Positions 35,771-38,135 of a stretch of DNA of 38,135 nucleotides are shown here, piece after piece. The DNA comes from a virus (taxonomy: Duplodnaviria; Caudoviricetes), in the IMG/VR virus record IMGVR_UViG_3300043391_000033, positions 1 through 38,135 of that record; one strand, 5' to 3'. Position numbers and translations under genes: made by a program. Below the pieces are notes generated by a model. The model had not been told where the DNA came from and searched no databases. It saw only the letters and a list, made by a program, of their open reading frames with translations. The first letter of the stretch is position 1. The number at the start of each line of letters is the position of its first letter.

Positions 35771-36445
35771 TTAAACCTTCAAAATCTTGATAACCTTGTT
35801 TTTGCTTGCTCCATGTGCTAAAAACCCAACTATCACGTTACGCTCTGCTTTTTGACATAATGCACAAGTTGCACAAGTGACATTATCGTTTAGTTGAGCT
35901 GGGCATATTGCCACTGTAGCCTCATTGTATTTAAACGTCTTCATGCCTTGATAGTTTTGAGGGTTTAATACTACAGTTGTAGGAAAGCCTGCTTTAAAGC
36001 TTGCTAGTGCATCTTCTAGGTTTTCAGTGCTAGTGTTGATAGTGAAACCCCTAGCATTTGCCTGCTTGATAAGAGAGCCATTAAAGCCTTGCCAGTCATA
36101 ATGAGTATAAGTAAAACCACGTTTTCCAGTGTTCGCTTGTATTAAATCTTCTAGCTTACCCCAGTCAATTGTTTTTCCATTGTTACTAGGCAAATCTCCT
36201 GCTTGATTATGCCTCCACAATTGACCTGCTTTAAACCTGCTAACCTGCTCTGTAAACCCTTGCCAGTCTGTACCACGTAAACCCTGTGATACCTTCTCCC
36301 AGTGCATATTTAAATGGTAATCATTGGCATAGCATCCATTGCCCTTGAGACTGCATCTGTCAGGGCATGAGGCTTTTTCTGTAGTGCTCACTGGTATAGG
36401 TCCAGTCTTGCTGTTACTGCTTTTTAGTGTTAAATGTACTCTCAT
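35771..36445 (-). CDS. Cys-rich GP88-like / radical-SAM-like putative Fe-S protein
   Basis: CPxxC...CYA, R.NQAGDL, YTH, CPAQ...CxxCxLC; GGAG RBS. Confidence 0.65.
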   Translation of the reverse strand: MRVHLTLKSSNSKTGPIPVSTTEKASCPDRCSLKGNGCYANDYHLNMHWEKVSQGLRGTDWQGFTEQVSRFKAGQLWRHNQAGDLPSNNGKTIDWGKLEDLIQANTGKRGFTYTHYDWQGFNGSLIKQANARGFTINTSTENLEDALASFKAGFPTTVVLNPQNYQGMKTFKYNEATVAICPAQLNDNVTCATCALCQKAERNVIVGFLAHGASKNKVIKILKV

Positions 36446-36595
36446 AATAAGATTATCTCCACGTGATTAGAAAGTAAAACATGGCATAAAATGCCACTAT
36501 GTATAATAATGATTTGATAATGATTATCTCCCAGTTAATACTACAGTTAAAATATTACTCTAGGATACTAAATTAATAATACCCTAGATAATATC

Positions 36596-36886
36596 TTAAT
36601 AGTTTATTACTACTGGTTTATTATTTGAGAATTTAAAGTTATAAAGTTTTTTATGGTCCTTATTGATTATTTGAATATCGCTAGCCTTTAATGTCATAAT
36701 CTTGCCACTGCTAGCTATTCTCAATTTAATAGTCAAAGGGTTTATATTGCTTACTACTTGCCCATTAAATCGTTTTGTGCTGTTGATGTCATAGCATGTC
36801 AAAAATCTATTACCATGTTTTTTAATAAACTGTTTATTATAATATGCTGTTTTAATTGCCTTCATTAGTTTTGCAAATGTATTCAT
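36596..36886 (-). CDS. Basic hypothetical early protein
   Basis: 96 aa, K-rich, AAAGGA RBS. Confidence 0.65.
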   Translation of the reverse strand: MNTFAKLMKAIKTAYYNKQFIKKHGNRFLTCYDINSTKRFNGQVVSNINPLTIKLRIASSGKIMTLKASDIQIINKDHKKLYNFKFSNNKPVVINY

Positions 36887-36914
36887 AATATTATATTTCC
36901 TTTATATTGATTAA

Positions 36915-37097
36915 TTAAACTAAATTAAATGTTGCGTTATAATCGTTTTCTAGCTTTGTGTAACTCATATCATCATACCATAGTTTTAATGCCCTTTCTA
37001 ATAGTAATTGCCCTTCATTGTCTAATGCTATCACATGAGTCATAGCTTCTTTAACTAATGCGTCTATCATGTCTAGTCTAGTGACTGGGTTATACAT
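36915..37097 (-). CDS. Hypothetical protein, first gene of the early arm
   Basis: 60 aa, AAGGGA RBS. Confidence 0.55.
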   Translation of the reverse strand: MYNPVTRLDMIDALVKEAMTHVIALDNEGQLLLERALKLWYDDMSYTKLENDYNATFNLV

Positions 37098-37407
37098 GTT
37101 GTCTAGTCCCTTCAGTTATATGCGACATTGCATGATTAGTACTATACCCCTATCAATAATAATTGCAATACCCCTAGGCAAAATAAGTTATTTGACACTG
37201 TCTAGAAAATGCTATCTAGATTTATCTAATGTTGTGTTATATGGTGCTTAACAACCATACATATTTAGATTTTGCAAGCTTTATCATTTTACATTGTGAA
37301 AAACATAGGGGGGCTGCGAAATAATCCTAAGTGTTGCGGAAAGGGTAGCTTAACAGACACAAAAAAGAGGAAAATAGACTATTTAAATTTAAAAGAAAAG
37401 GGCATAA

Positions 37408-37424
37408 TTGGCACGATTATTGCT
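37408..37424 (+). promoter_or_regulatory. Sigma54 (-24/-12) consensus site
   Basis: TTGGCACGATTATTGCT matches YTGGCACG-N4-TTGCW. Confidence 0.6.
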
Positions 37425-37585
37425 AGTAATCTATCTAGCTCTATCTAGTTGATTTGTAAGGCTTTTTAGTGTATCTAGGAATTATCTAGTTTCGTATTTA
37501 AAAAGGAGTAGTAATTAGGGACAGAGTCGCTAGCAGAGAAGACAAGAATTGTCAGATTCAGAGTATGTTTCTTTGTCGAAATAAC

Positions 37586-37614
37586 TTGACAAAATGACAA
37601 AAATATGCTATAAT
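37586..37614 (+). promoter_or_regulatory. Sigma70 promoter for the packaging operon, extended -10
   Basis: TTGACA(37586)-17-TATAAT(37609) with TGn. Confidence 0.9.
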
Positions 37615-37819
37615 ATACCTACAAAGAAAAACATTACACAGAAGCTCTTAGTGTAGTTCACACCGATGTAGAAGAAGTTAAAGGTGTTAGTGATAATAAT
37701 AATAACAACATTAACACTAACGCTAACAGGCTACATAGTATATAGGGCTAGAGCTTAAATTGTAGTGGATGACTGCTAACAAATGCTAGCAACAATCTGT
37801 ACACTAGAATAGGAATGAT

Positions 37820-38135
37820 ATGTCTTTAACTAAGACGGAGGATACTGTCTCCGTAGCAATAGAGGGTGTTAGCGAATCTATTACCCCAGTTAAGAAGAGA
37901 GGTAGACCTCGAAAAAGTGAGGTCGAAGCTAAGAAGAATAGAAACTCAGTTGGTAGACCACCAGGTGAGGCTGCGAGAATAAGAGAGTTCCATGCCAGAT
38001 TGTTAGCGACAACTGGTGATAAGGTGATTGAAACTGTTATCCGTAAGGCAATGGATGACACAGACAAAGACCAAGTTGCTTGTCTCAAGATGTGCATGGA
38101 TAGGTTATTACCTACTTCCTACTTTGAGAAGGACA
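37820..38135 (+). CDS. Putative terminase small subunit, 5' part (continues through 1-234; 140 aa in total)
   Basis: ATG 37820 follows AGGA and reads MSLTKTEDTVSVAIEG...KKRGRPRK...GRPPGE, in frame across the junction into ORF 16..234. It is the first gene of the structural arm, upstream of TerL. Confidence 0.65.
   Translation, partial: MSLTKTEDTVSVAIEGVSESITPVKKRGRPRKSEVEAKKNRNSVGRPPGEAARIREFHARLLATTGDKVIETVIRKAMDDTDKDQVACLKMCMDRLLPTSYFEKD
38009..38135. repeat. Terminal direct repeat, copy 2
   Basis: Identical to 1-127, giving a unit genome of 38008 bp. Confidence 0.95.

Larger units (their letters stand above)
37100..37819. other. Divergent non-coding control region, probable location of the physical genome ends
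   Basis: ~720 bp without a credible ORF between the divergent arms; contains promoters, short repeats and a G7 run. Confidence 0.6.

Noticed and set aside
37620-37810. tRNA or known ncRNA in the long terS leader
   Set aside because: Hairpins are present but there is no cloverleaf or T-loop consensus, and I cannot assign a family.

Overview
The window is an apparently complete, circularly assembled ~38.0 kb dsDNA tailed-phage genome; bases 1-127 equal bases 38009-38135, an assembly overlap. It has two arms. The + strand (37820 across the junction to 23753) carries packaging and virion genes: putative TerS, a lambda-R-like transglycosylase, TerL, portal, three fibre/adhesin modules, scaffold, major capsid, holin/endolysin, podovirus-type tail adaptor and nozzle, and ejection proteins. 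The - strand (37097 to 23750) carries small early genes, a T7 gp4-like primase-helicase, a family A polymerase, SSB, 5'-3' exonuclease, a resolvase-like nuclease, a metallophosphoesterase and a class II (B12) ribonucleotide reductase. I recognised no RNA polymerase, integrase, tRNA or CRISPR array, and both arms carry near-consensus sigma70 promoters. The layout resembles Zobellviridae/cobavirus-like lytic podoviruses (inference from gene content, no search run). The most striking signal is a gp16-sized ejection protein encoded as three overlapping ORFs whose only four cysteines sit at the two junctions, suggesting disulfide re-linking. Other notable signals: a frame-independent GTTTTTAAGCAATC motif in the early region, AATAACAACA tracts in three structural-arm leaders, a consensus sigma54 site, and a transglycosylase between terS and terL. 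All product calls come from motif recognition and synteny.
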